A stretch of DNA of 63,890 nucleotides, the filler included, from an uncultured Methanosarcinales archaeon (GTDB taxonomy: Archaea > Nanobdellota > Nanobdellia > Woesearchaeales > CAYSVS01), in the NCBI GenBank assembly GCA_964434475.1. It is 7 parts of 7 records of this genome, joined end to end, with 100 filler letters (N's around TTAATTAATTAA, not from the genome) between each part and the next. Parts side by side here need not be neighbours in the genome. Positions count along the whole stretch, not along the records: positions 1 to 10,391 come from CAYSVS010000046.1; positions 10,492 to 20,596 come from CAYSVS010000047.1; 5 more parts are not named here. One strand, written 5' to 3'. A program made the translations under genes and the position numbers. Each line of letters begins with the position of its first letter. Within the stretch, counting starts at the first letter, position 1. This document shows positions 9,081 through 18,424 of this stretch, piece by piece. The notes beneath the pieces were generated by a model, which was not told the DNA's origin, ran no database searches, and worked only from the letters and a program-made list of their open reading frames with translations.

Positions 9081-9721
9081 TTTAACCACTTAGAAATCTT
9101 AAAATATATTGTAGCAATTACTATTAATGAGATTATATAAAAAACTGTCCTGATTTCAAATGGTACTAGTTTTCTAAAATTTAAAGTTATTAGATTAATA
9201 ACCCAAAAAGAGAGCATCAAAGCATAAAGTAACTTAATTTGCGAAAACTTCTTGTTGACATTCAATAAATAAATAAGTAAAGTAATTACTATAATTATTT
9301 GAAAAACTGCAATAAAATGTAATGAACTTAAGAAAAAAGAACTAATTCCCAATAATATAACTAATATATTAATAATAATAATAAAAATATATTTAGACTT
9401 GATTTTTCTCCATAATATGCTATACCCAACGTAAAATATAGCAAGTGTACTAAAGAAAGCAACAAGAGTAATTACTATTGGAAAAACTATTTTTTTGGGA
9501 CATATTGTAGGAAGATCATAAATTAAAATAAAGTAAAGTGCAAACCTGATAAAATAAGCAATTCCAAAAAACAGAAAAGCTTTACGAAAATATTTTAATG
9601 GTTCATATTGTGAAAGAGAATAGGTTTCTTTAGTTTTATAATATATAAGAAAACAAAATAGGAAAATTAAAAGACTATATATGAATTCAATATTGATTCC
9701 AAAATGATTACAACATGCCAT
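9077..9721 (-). CDS. polytopic (about 7 TM) membrane protein, translationally coupled to the wHTH gene
   Basis: Hydrophobic ORF; its stop codon overlaps the start region of the wHTH gene. Confidence 0.75.
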   Translation of the reverse strand: MACCNHFGINIEFIYSLLIFLFCFLIYYKTKETYSLSQYEPLKYFRKAFLFFGIAYFIRFALYFILIYDLPTICPKKIVFPIVITLVAFFSTLAIFYVGYSILWRKIKSKYIFIIIINILVILLGISSFFLSSLHFIAVFQIIIVITLLIYLLNVNKKFSQIKLLYALMLSFWVINLITLNFRKLVPFEIRTVFYIISLIVIATIYFKISKWLK

Positions 9722-9832
9722 TTTATTATTTAAATAATATTTGTATATATAACTTATAGGGATTATAAGTCCCTCTTATTTAAATACTATTGTTTTATAA
9801 TTCTTTATAAAATAATAGGAGGTGAAAACAAT

Positions 9833-10216
9833 ATGGATAGAAAAATAGCGGGAATCGGGATTGGAGCTATGCTGGTTATAAGCTTAGTTGCAATAATGGG
9901 TTTTGCATTTGCTCAAAATAGTAATATCGCACCAGCAACAGGATTTGTAGATGCTGATGGTGATGAAGTCTGCGACAATTTTGCAGATGTAGATGGCGAC
10001 AGTATTTGTGATCATAAGGGCCAAAGAGACGGATTTGCAGATGCAGACAATGATGGTGTCTGTGATAATGCAGAAAATTGCCCAATGCACCAGGACAATA
10101 AGAGGAGCATGCAAAAGGACCATAATAAAAGAATGGGTGGTTGCCATGGCTCTGAAGGTTGCCCTAAAATTAAAGAGGGATTCAAAAGAGGATGCCACAG
10201 AGTAACAACAGAATAA
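9833..10216 (+). CDS. secreted protein with DxDxDGxCD repeats and a Cys/His-rich tail
   Basis: Signal peptide; three D-x-D-x-D-x-x-C-D units; CPMH, GGCHG, GCH; RBS GGAGGTGA. Confidence 0.8.
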   Translation: MDRKIAGIGIGAMLVISLVAIMGFAFAQNSNIAPATGFVDADGDEVCDNFADVDGDSICDHKGQRDGFADADNDGVCDNAENCPMHQDNKRSMQKDHNKRMGGCHGSEGCPKIKEGFKRGCHRVTTE

Positions 10217-10273
10217 ACTTTTTTATTTTTTTTAATTTTTATATAAATAAACATATTCATAGAGGTTAATAAA

Positions 10274-10391
10274 ATGAGAAATATATTCATAATCACATTA
10301 ATAAGTTTAGTATTGTTGCTTGCATTGACAGGATGCACAGGAAAAGCAGAAGAAAGCATAACAGGAAATGTTGTTTCTGATACAAATGATA
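10274..10391 (+). CDS. lipoprotein, N-terminal part only (contig end)
   Basis: MRNIFIITLISLVLLLALTGC lipobox; RBS GAGGT. Confidence 0.6.
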
Positions 10392-10491
10392 NNNNNNNNN
10401 NNNNNNNNNNNNNNNNNNNNNNNNNNNNNNNNNNNTTAATTAATTAANNNNNNNNNNNNNNNNNNNNNNNNNNNNNNNNNNNNNNNNNNNN
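10392..10491. other. artificial contig linker N44-TTAATTAATTAA-N44
   Basis: Identical 100-nt linker also at 20597, 30786, 40273, 49608 and 58615. Confidence 0.97.
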
Positions 10492-10545
10492 GAATGTGCA
10501 ATTAATCTAAAAAGCTAAGCTAAACAGCAATTATGCAAAGTTCTC
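10492..10545. mobile_element. IS-like element end, type B (TIR GAGAACTTTGCATAATT)
   Basis: 10495-10545 is the exact reverse complement of 20546-20596. Confidence 0.8.
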
Positions 10546-10769
10546 CAAAGAAAGAAGAATATATTGGATTAACTATATATAATTCACTAAAAGCAGGTGC
10601 AAGAGGATATGTGGCAGGAGCAGGACTGATGATACCAATGATAACCATGACAGGAGATTCAACATATGCGCTTCTTCCTTTTTTCGGAGGATTATATGGA
10701 GCAAGCGTCTATTTCTACCAGCACATGAATCATAGAATAGAAGAGTTAAGAAAGAAGAAAAATCAATGA
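10546..10769 (+). pseudogene. 3' part of a small membrane protein gene cut by the IS end
   Basis: The ORF start codon at 10533 lies inside the IS TIR; two hydrophobic segments follow. Confidence 0.45.
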
Positions 10770-10826
10770 AAACTTTTAATCCTAATTCAGAAAGCATTAA
10801 ATATATTCTTCATTTTCTTGAGCAAT

Positions 10827-12287
10827 ATGGCATTATTGACTAAATCAAACTATCTTATAGGATTGCAATGCCCTAAATATCTTTGGACAGTTACAAATAG
10901 AAAACAAGAAATGCCTGAATTTGATGAAGCTACACAACACAGGTTTAAACAAGGACATATATTAGAAGGATATGCGCATAAATGGTTTTCTAATGCATTA
11001 AACATTCCAACCGATAACTTCATGGGAAACATAAGAAAGACACAGACAGTATTAAAATTGAACAAGCCATTATTCGAGCCAGGATTTATGGTAGAAAATT
11101 TATATTCAAGAGCAGACGTATTGGAACCAGTAGGAGATGGGTGGAACATAGTTGAAATAAAAAGCGCAACTAAAGTCAAAGAAATAAACCTGCATGATTT
11201 AAGTTTTCAAAAATATGTGTATGAAAAATCAGGCCTTAAAATCAACAGATGCTATCTGATGCACATAAACAATGAATATGTAAGACAAGGAGATATTGAA
11301 CCTAAGAAATTGCTTATCAAAGAAGATATCACAAAAGATGTAGAAATATATTCTAAAGGCATTGAAGACAGGATAAAAGAAATGCTGGCGATTATGCAGC
11401 AAGTAAATAATCCAGAAATAAAAATAGGCAAACATTGTTCTGATCCTTACAGCTGCCCATTGAAAGATAAATGCTGGGATTTTGTTCCTGACAAGAATGT
11501 TTTTGAATTATATAGGGCAGGGATAAAATCATTTGAATTGTTTGAGAGAGGAATACTAAATTTAGAGGAAATTCCTGACGATTATAAATTAACGCAAAAA
11601 CAAGACATACAAAAACAATGCGCACAGACCGGCAATACATATATAGATAAAAAACAATTATCTACATTCTTATCTCAATTAAAATATCCTTTGCATTTTC
11701 TTGATTTTGAAACATACAATTCAGCTATCCCTTTCTCTGACGGGTTAAGGCCATATCAAAGGATTCCTTTCCAATTTTCATTGCACATAAAAGAATCTCC
11801 TACTTCAAAGGTTGAACATCTTTCTTTTTTAGCTCAAGGTACAAATGATCCAAGATTGACTTTTTTAGTATCATTGAATAATCTTATCAAAGACAAAGGA
11901 AGTATTGTTGTATTCAATCAAGCTTTTGAAAAAGGAGTTTTAGGCGAATTAGCACAGACATATCCTAGCTATAACACATGGGTAAATAGCTTATTACCAA
12001 GGTTTGTTGATTTGTTGGTCCCTTTCAAAAACTTCTGGTATTATGATCCTAAACAGGAAGGGCGTGCAAGTCTAAAACATGTTCTGCCAGCATTGACAGG
12101 ACAAAGCTATGACCAGATGAAAATAAATAATGGTAATGCAGCAAGCCTGGCATTCCTGAACATAACTCATGGAGAAGCTGCAGAAGAAGAGATAAAACAA
12201 GTCAGGCAAGATCTAGAAGAGTATTGCGGACTGGACACAGAAGGCATGATATGGATATTGGAGAAATTAAAAGAGGTTGTAAAATGA
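10827..12287 (+). CDS. DUF2779 protein (Cas4-like N-terminus plus RNase H-like domain)
   Basis: LTKS.Y..GLQCPK.LW, EIKSATK, C..PY.C....C, FLDFET, QRIPFQFSLH, YC.LDT. Confidence 0.88.
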   Translation: MALLTKSNYLIGLQCPKYLWTVTNRKQEMPEFDEATQHRFKQGHILEGYAHKWFSNALNIPTDNFMGNIRKTQTVLKLNKPLFEPGFMVENLYSRADVLEPVGDGWNIVEIKSATKVKEINLHDLSFQKYVYEKSGLKINRCYLMHINNEYVRQGDIEPKKLLIKEDITKDVEIYSKGIEDRIKEMLAIMQQVNNPEIKIGKHCSDPYSCPLKDKCWDFVPDKNVFELYRAGIKSFELFERGILNLEEIPDDYKLTQKQDIQKQCAQTGNTYIDKKQLSTFLSQLKYPLHFLDFETYNSAIPFSDGLRPYQRIPFQFSLHIKESPTSKVEHLSFLAQGTNDPRLTFLVSLNNLIKDKGSIVVFNQAFEKGVLGELAQTYPSYNTWVNSLLPRFVDLLVPFKNFWYYDPKQEGRASLKHVLPALTGQSYDQMKINNGNAASLAFLNITHGEAAEEEIKQVRQDLEEYCGLDTEGMIWILEKLKEVVK

Positions 12288-12757
12288 AAACATTGATTAT
12301 CTTCTATTCTTATGAAGGCAATACTAAGTTTATTGCTGAAACTATGGCAACGCAGTTGGATGCAGATGTATTAGAACTTAAATTAGAAAAAGAATACAAG
12401 ACAAAAGGCTTTATGAGATTCATCTGGATTGGTAAAGAAATTATGCTTAGCAGAAAGCCAAAGTTAAAGGAGTTTGACAAAAACATAGAAAGTTATGACT
12501 TGATCTTGATAGGAACTCCTGTATGGGCGTTCACCTTTACACCTCCATTAAGGAGATTTTTTGCTGAAAACAAGATACAAGGCAAAAAAATAGCATTATT
12601 CTGTACACATGAAGGCAAAAAAGGAAAAACTATTGAAAATATGGAAAAAAAGCTGCAAGGTAATAAGATTATAGCCAAGACTGATTTTGGGAAAGTAAAA
12701 GAAAATAAGGAAGAAAACAGGAAAAAAGCTATAGGATGGTGCAAGTCATTTAGCTAA
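12284..12757 (+). CDS. flavodoxin family protein
   Basis: IIFYSYEGNTKFIAE, YDLILIGTPVW; ATGA overlap with the upstream gene. Confidence 0.9.
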   Translation: MKTLIIFYSYEGNTKFIAETMATQLDADVLELKLEKEYKTKGFMRFIWIGKEIMLSRKPKLKEFDKNIESYDLILIGTPVWAFTFTPPLRRFFAENKIQGKKIALFCTHEGKKGKTIENMEKKLQGNKIIAKTDFGKVKENKEENRKKAIGWCKSFS

Positions 12758-13228
12758 ACTACAAAGGAGACTGTAAATCTCATGCTTAAGATTATCTATT
12801 TTTTCTATCTTTTCTTTAGTCAAAAATCCAGAGTATTCATATAACATGTTATGCGAATAACTTGTCAAACCATTTAATTTATCTTTTATCTCCTGATTAT
12901 GTCCTATATAAGATTCAGAAATTATATTTATACAACTGTCTACTGCAAGCAAAGAGTTTAGCTTTAAAGCATTCTTTTGATAATAATCCCAGAATCCGCT
13001 GTATTCCTTTTCCATGTCTTTCCGCCATTCGCATCTTGCTCGATGATCTTTTCCGAACTTGTCAACAACATAATACATATCAAGAAAATCATACAAAATA
13101 TTAGTGAAAGTTTCTATATTGTCATTAAATAAAGAAGAATCTATCCCTTTCCTGTCATAATTATCAGGAAGTATTATATCTACGACATGGTGATTTTTTC
13201 TAAGTATATTTTCAAGATCCAATCTCAT
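12746..13228 (-). CDS. hypothetical protein
   Basis: 160-aa ORF with upstream TATA. Confidence 0.6.
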   Translation of the reverse strand: MRLDLENILRKNHHVVDIILPDNYDRKGIDSSLFNDNIETFTNILYDFLDMYYVVDKFGKDHRARCEWRKDMEKEYSGFWDYYQKNALKLNSLLAVDSCINIISESYIGHNQEIKDKLNGLTSYSHNMLYEYSGFLTKEKIEKIDNLKHEIYSLLCSLAK

Positions 13229-13456
13229 AAAATCAAGTAAAAGTTAAAGGTTTTTAAAATTAACGATAAGAGCACTGGACACACTGGACAGGTGTGTGCG
13301 TCAGATATTTAAAGTAGTTCTTACATAAAAAAATTAAGAAGTAGCCGAATAGCCAAGACACTTAACTGAAGACCAGGTTGAGATTCAAATATCTCACATA
13401 GGTTCAAATCAACTCAACCGAGCAAAGAAAATCCATTCCTGCTGCACATATATACC

Positions 13457-14536
13457 ATGAACACATTAGAAAAAGCAAAAATACTAGGACAAGCTGGCAA
13501 ATATGATAGCTGCGGCCCTAAAGCATGCGAAGTAAACGTAAAGCAAGGATTAGGAGGAATCTATCATGCAAAAGCAGAACACAAGACATGCAGGATATTC
13601 AAAACATTGATGGACAACACTTGCTCATTTGACTGTAAGTATTGCGCTAATTCAAACAGATGCGCAAAAAAGAAAGCAGCGTATGAACCTAAAGAATTAG
13701 CTGACCTGTTCATGTATCTAAGAAAAGAGATGCAGGTGCATGGCTTGTTCTTAAGTTCTGGTGTTGCAGGCAATGCTGACAAAGTAACTGAAAAGATGAT
13801 CGAATCTGTGAAGATTATAAGACATAAACATAATTTTAAAGGATATGTACATTTCAAAATTCTGCCAGGAACATCTAAGCATCTGATAAAACAAGCATCC
13901 GAACTATCTAACAGGATGAGTATAAACATAGAATCTCCTAATTCTACAGTTATGAATGAGCTAAGCAGCTGCAAAGATTACAAAGTAGATATTTTAAGAA
14001 GGCAATCATGGATCACAAAGCTTGGTAAAAACCAAACAACACAGATTATATTAAATAAATTAAGCACAGACAAAGACATACTTAAGATGGTACACTGGGA
14101 GTATGATTCGTTTAATCTGAGGAGAGTATATTTTTCTGGATTTAAACCAGTAAAAGGCACTGAACTAGAAAAAGAGAAAGCTGAACCAGTGCATAGACAG
14201 AATCATCTATACAACATAGATTTCTTGGTAAAAAGATATAATTATACATTCAAGGAATTCAATAAGATAATGGACAATGGCATGCTGCCTAATTGCGATC
14301 CTAAAATAGCCATGGCAAAAGCAAACTTCAATTCTAGGGTGGACGTGAACGAAGCAAGCTATGATGAGCTTATCAGGGTGCCAGGAATAGGGCCAAAGAC
14401 AGCTGATATCATAACACTTAACCAAGGCAAGATAAAGAAATTCTTAGACCTGCATAAATTAGGGGTCAAGGTAGAAAAGGCAAAGCCATTCATAGAAGTC
14501 AATGGCAAAAGACAGATGACTTTGATAGACTTTTAG
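13457..14536 (+). CDS. putative DNA modification/repair radical SAM protein with a C-terminal HhH
   Basis: KYDSC, GIYHA, FKTLM.N.CSFDCKYC, GLFLSSGV, DVNEAS..EL.RVPGIGPK. Confidence 0.88.
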   Translation: MNTLEKAKILGQAGKYDSCGPKACEVNVKQGLGGIYHAKAEHKTCRIFKTLMDNTCSFDCKYCANSNRCAKKKAAYEPKELADLFMYLRKEMQVHGLFLSSGVAGNADKVTEKMIESVKIIRHKHNFKGYVHFKILPGTSKHLIKQASELSNRMSINIESPNSTVMNELSSCKDYKVDILRRQSWITKLGKNQTTQIILNKLSTDKDILKMVHWEYDSFNLRRVYFSGFKPVKGTELEKEKAEPVHRQNHLYNIDFLVKRYNYTFKEFNKIMDNGMLPNCDPKIAMAKANFNSRVDVNEASYDELIRVPGIGPKTADIITLNQGKIKKFLDLHKLGVKVEKAKPFIEVNGKRQMTLIDF

Positions 14537-14593
14537 GAGACTTATCTTTATTTTAGGGTTAGTTTTAAATAATTTGATTAAAGGTAAAAACAT

Positions 14594-14713
14594 ATGACAT
14601 CATTTTTAGTTGGAACATTAAAATATATAGGGTTAGTCATAATATCTATAGCATCATTCATAGGATTGATATGCTTGTTCTACAAAGGATTAAAGTTGAT
14701 TTTCAGGAGATAG
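14594..14713 (+). CDS. small single-TM peptide (39 aa)
   Basis: MTSFLVGTLKYIGLVIISIASFIGLICLFYKGLKLIFRR; TATA and AAGGT upstream. Confidence 0.5.
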   Translation: MTSFLVGTLKYIGLVIISIASFIGLICLFYKGLKLIFRR

Positions 14714-14725
14714 TCATTCCATTAT

Positions 14726-15148
14726 CTAGTCAACAACTAAGAAGGAATCCATATCAAAAGCCAAAGTTCTACCAACATAAAGATATCGCTTGTTTACGTA
14801 TTTAGTCAATTCTTTTATCAGATCCATCTGGCTATCTCCTAAATTATGAGTAGCTCTGCAATCCACAATATAGTCATACTTTTTTTCCAATAATTTAGGC
14901 AGATCAAAGTTTTCGTGATATTCTGAATTGTGGACAAAGTATTTTTCAAGCTCTTTTCTATTCATGCCAAAGCGAGTGAGGAAATTATCTATAAACAATT
15001 GAACAGAAGCAGGATGATTATGCAGCTTGCTCAATACACACCAAAAAGCATATGTTGAAGTTAAAATTTTATCATAATATTTAGGATCATTAAACTTTTT
15101 CTAATGCTCATCATACTTTTCTGTAAATTCAGGCAATATTAATTTCAT
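14726..15148 (-). pseudogene. hypothetical protein with an in-frame TAG at codon 16
   Basis: ATG 15148 gives MKLILPEFTEKYDEH*KKFND..., continuing in frame into ORF 14726-15034. Confidence 0.5.
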
Positions 15149-15206
15149 ATAAGTGATAGATAAAGAAAGTTATTAAAACTAATGGATAAAATAAAATAGA
15201 TAATTT

Positions 15207-15324
15207 AGAAAAAACGCCGAAGGCAGGATTACCACCAGCTTTTTAAAAAAAACCTGGGAAAAACAAGTGATATCTTCGCTAAAGCTCGATAACACGAAAA
15301 AGAAAAAACGCCGAAGGCAGGATT
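15207..15324. repeat. 24-bp direct repeat of the tRNA-Ser 3' end plus terminator
   Basis: AGAAAAAACGCCGAAGGCAGGATT at 15207-15230 and 15301-15324. Confidence 0.85.
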
Positions 15325-15391
15325 TGAACCTGCACGTCCAAAGGACAGTTGGGTTCGAGCCAACCGCAATGCCAGGTTATGCGACTTCGGC
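15309..15391 (-). tRNA. tRNA-Ser(CGA)
   Basis: GCCGAAG..CTTCGGC-G acceptor, GTTGG-CTCGAAC-CCAAC arm, variable arm GTCCTTTGGAC, GTTCAAATC. Confidence 0.95.
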
Positions 15392-15447
15392 ACTGCCTTA
15401 AAAATAACAGCATAACTTATAAACATTTACATTTTTTCTTGGTTAAA

Positions 15448-15639
15448 ATGACAAAAAACATCAAAAGACTATATAGGTCAAAAAAAGAAAGGATTATTGC
15501 AGGAGTATGCGGAGGAATCGCAGAATACTTTGATGTTGATCCTACTTTAATCAGATTATTATGGATAGTGTTCATACTTATGGGCGGATCAGGAATCATC
15601 GCTTACTTAATAGCATGGATAATAGTCCCAGAAAGATAG
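15448..15639 (+). CDS. pspC: PspC domain protein
   Basis: [40 protein letters not shown]. Confidence 0.92.
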   Translation: MTKNIKRLYRSKKERIIAGVCGGIAEYFDVDPTLIRLLWIVFILMGGSGIIAYLIAWIIVPER

Positions 15640-15771
15640 ACCTATTTTAAATTATATTTTTAAACATTCTAGACCATATAAGTATAACAGATAAATAAAT
15701 CTATAATCTAACATATTCAAAAAGATAAAGGATTAGGAAGTATTTTAAATCATAGAACTATTTTGATAAAA

Positions 15772-16158
15772 ATGGCATACAGAAGAAAGGAATACGGTAA
15801 ATCAAAGATAGACTCATGCCCATTCTGCGGAAAGCGAGCAACAGCTGTTAATTCGCAAGGTGTGCCAGTTTGCCAAAAACATAAATATTCTGAACTAAAA
15901 GATCTGAAATGTGTTTGCGGGGAATGGCTTGACCTAAAGACAGGAAAATTCGGCCCGTACTTTCATTGCATGAACTGCGGCAACATAAATTTCAGGAAAG
16001 GATTGGATATGAATCCTAATTTGAGCGAGAATAAAAATTATAAACAGAATAACATTGAAAAGAATAAATATAAGAAAAAAACAAGTAATAATTATGCAAA
16101 CAAAAATATGCATAAAGAGATTACTATATCTTCTAAAGACATAGGGATATATTATTAA
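15772..16158 (+). CDS. double zinc-ribbon hypothetical protein
   Basis: CPFC..CQKH; CVCG..GKFGPYFHCMNCG. Confidence 0.75.
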   Translation: MAYRRKEYGKSKIDSCPFCGKRATAVNSQGVPVCQKHKYSELKDLKCVCGEWLDLKTGKFGPYFHCMNCGNINFRKGLDMNPNLSENKNYKQNNIEKNKYKKKTSNNYANKNMHKEITISSKDIGIYY

Positions 16159-16350
16159 TCCAAGCAAATCATCTTAGAAATGCTCAACGGCGTATATGCT
16201 GATTACCTTGGAAAAAAGAATACATTGTTGATTAAAGGAGCTATAATTCTAGCGATAAGATTGCATTTAGTAGATAGTATGTTTGATTCAATAAGAAATA
16301 ATAGCTCGAATAATATTTATAAGTAAAAAGTAAGAAAAAAAATAAAAAAC

Positions 16351-16929
16351 TCAATCAAACAAGTTTTTAACTTCTGGTGCTGTCTCTGTGCCTTGAACTG
16401 CTTCAAACATATCCTTTTTCTCGAAATTAAAGATTCCAGCTATAAGGTTTGTAGGAAATCTTCTTACCTTGACATTATATGTCTTGACAGCTTTATTGAA
16501 GATATCCCTTTCAGTCTTTATCCTGTTTTCAGTTCCAGCTAATTCATCTTGCAATGAAAGGAAATTCTCGTTTGCCTTTAACTGAGGATAATTTTCTGCA
16601 ACAAGCAATAATCTTGAAATAGCTGAATTCATCTCTTCTCCAGCTGCATTCAGTTCTCCAGGCGTAGATGCAGAACCAACTCTTGCTCTTGCTTCTGTTA
16701 CAGTTGTAAAAACATCTTTTTCATGGTCTGCATATTGCTGCACAGTCTCAACAATATTAGGTATCAGATCAGCTCTTCTCTGGTATGCAGTCTGTACATT
16801 AGCCCATTTTTCATTGACAGTTTCATCTGAGTTAACCAAGCCGTTGTATGAGCCTATAACCCAAAACATGATCAATAGTACAGCAATACCTATTCCATAA
16901 AGCCACATCTTATTGTTCTTTTTTTTCAT
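16351..16929 (-). CDS. lemA: LemA family protein
   Basis: YQRRADLIPN.VETV, ENYPQLKANENF..LQDELAGTENRI, RFPTN. Confidence 0.95.
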   Translation of the reverse strand: MKKKNNKMWLYGIGIAVLLIMFWVIGSYNGLVNSDETVNEKWANVQTAYQRRADLIPNIVETVQQYADHEKDVFTTVTEARARVGSASTPGELNAAGEEMNSAISRLLLVAENYPQLKANENFLSLQDELAGTENRIKTERDIFNKAVKTYNVKVRRFPTNLIAGIFNFEKKDMFEAVQGTETAPEVKNLFD

Positions 16930-17114
16930 TTTTCTTCCTCCTCATTTGCGATCTCTGCCAGTTTTTCCAGTTCACCAGAATCAACCCACATTCCTCCGCA
17001 TTTTTTGCATATATCAATAACAACATCCTTTTTAACGAGTTTATTCATATGAATATTACATCTTGGACAAAGCAGATAGTGTTCTCCGCTTTCTTTATGT
17101 ATCTTTTTTTTCAT
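16926..17114 (-). CDS. zf-TFIIB-like zinc ribbon protein
   Basis: CPRCNIHM....VVIDICKKCGGMWVDSGELEKL. Confidence 0.85.
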   Translation of the reverse strand: MKKKIHKESGEHYLLCPRCNIHMNKLVKKDVVIDICKKCGGMWVDSGELEKLAEIANEEEEK

Positions 17115-17115
17115 T

Positions 17116-17886
17116 TTACCAACCTCCTGAGGCGCCTCCGCCACCAAAACCTCCGCCACCAAAACCTCCGCCGCCGAATCCACCGAATCCGCCGCCAAAG
17201 CCTCCGCTTCCGCCAAAACCGCCTCTACCTCTGCCGCCAAAAAGTATTATTGCTCCTATAGCAGCATCAAAATACTTATCTTTACCTTTCTTTTTTGAAA
17301 GTATAACAAAGAAATTCACTAAAAATATTATGGTAAAAAATAAAAGCCAAATATATAATTTTAGTTTCTCAAAATCTTGCTCCTGTACATCACTGACATA
17401 ATATTGTGAATCTATATCACCAAGCATTATACTGTTTATAGCATAGGTTGCTTCTAGTATTCCTTTGCCGTATTCGTTATTCTGGAAATTAGGGACAAGA
17501 TAGTTTCTTCCTATCCTTCCAATTTTTGCATCGTTAAAAATATATTCTATACCCCTTCCAACCTCAAACCTATATCTTTTTTCCTCTAATGCCACCAATA
17601 ATAATAAGCCATTATTCTTTTCCTTATCTCCTAATACGGCTTGCGCCAGATTTAAAGAATATGATTCAATATCTTTGCCTTGAAGATCATTAACAGTAAC
17701 AATTGCATATTCTAAGGTATTAGATTTGTGAAGATTTTCAAGTATTGAGTTTAGTTCTGCTTCTTCTTTATCTGTTATTATATTTGCATAATCATTCACA
17801 TATTGCTTTATCTCTACTTCAGCAAATACCGATATAGACAATATGCTTATCAAAAATATGAACAAAAATATTCTGAAATGTTTCAT
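17116..17886 (-). CDS. TPM domain protein (YgcG-like) with a Gly-rich tail
   Basis: YVNDYANII, NNGLLLLVA..E.RYRFEVGRGIE, GGGGFGGGGASGGW; typical lemA partner. Confidence 0.92.
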   Translation of the reverse strand: MKHFRIFLFIFLISILSISVFAEVEIKQYVNDYANIITDKEEAELNSILENLHKSNTLEYAIVTVNDLQGKDIESYSLNLAQAVLGDKEKNNGLLLLVALEEKRYRFEVGRGIEYIFNDAKIGRIGRNYLVPNFQNNEYGKGILEATYAINSIMLGDIDSQYYVSDVQEQDFEKLKLYIWLLFFTIIFLVNFFVILSKKKGKDKYFDAAIGAIILFGGRGRGGFGGSGGFGGGFGGFGGGGFGGGGFGGGGASGGW

Positions 17887-18190
17887 AGGCTAAAAAACAA
17901 GAGCATATTATATAAATGTTTTTGTAGGATTTTTTCTAAAAAATAATTTAGAGAAAACTTTAATAATAAAAGTATATTTAAACAACATAAGCATAACATA
18001 TAATGTACTAAAGTTAGATAATAACATAAGAGGAATAATCCCTGAAGAAATCGCCCTCAACCATATAAAATTAGGCATTATACCCAAAAGATCTAAAACA
18101 AAAATAATTGATAACTTTCTTCTCAATAGATAAACTAAAAAGACTTCGTTCGAATACGGACGGGCTAAATAATTAAAATTATAGAAAATA

Positions 18191-18263
18191 TAGCCCCGCA
18201 CGGATTCGAACCGTGGTCCACGCCTCCAAAGGGCGTGATGATTGGCCACTACACCACGGGGCT
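18191..18263 (-). tRNA. tRNA-Gln(TTG)
   Basis: A1-T72 acceptor AGCCCCG..CGGGGCT-A, ACGCC-CTTTGGA-GGCGT arm, GTTCGAATC. Confidence 0.95.
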
Positions 18264-18424
18264 GTGTGTGTTACAATCAGAGATTAAATACTTTCTTTTA
18301 AAGTTTTTGGTTTTTCAATGAACAAGTACACAAGATAAGCGCTCGACGAAGAAATCGAAACATTTATATACCTGCTAACATAATATCGTCTAAAAAACTA
18401 CCTTAAAAAGGAGGGATTAAAAAA

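Noticed and set aside
10827..12287. DUF2779 Cas4-like protein as evidence of CRISPR-Cas
   Set aside because: A stand-alone family; no array or other cas genes nearby.
7567..15103. In-frame stops as a sign of alternative genetic code
   Set aside because: TAA, TAG and TGA all terminate conserved genes at the expected positions; the interrupted ORFs are isolated pseudogenes.
17063..17401. Pro-rich ORF (PPPKPPPP) on the + strand
   Set aside because: Antisense shadow of the Gly-rich tail of the TPM protein.
17908..18249. ORF overlapping tRNA-Gln (also ORFs over tRNA-Ser, tRNA-Val and the N gap)
   Set aside because: The start lies inside the tRNA or gap, and the product is unrecognisable.
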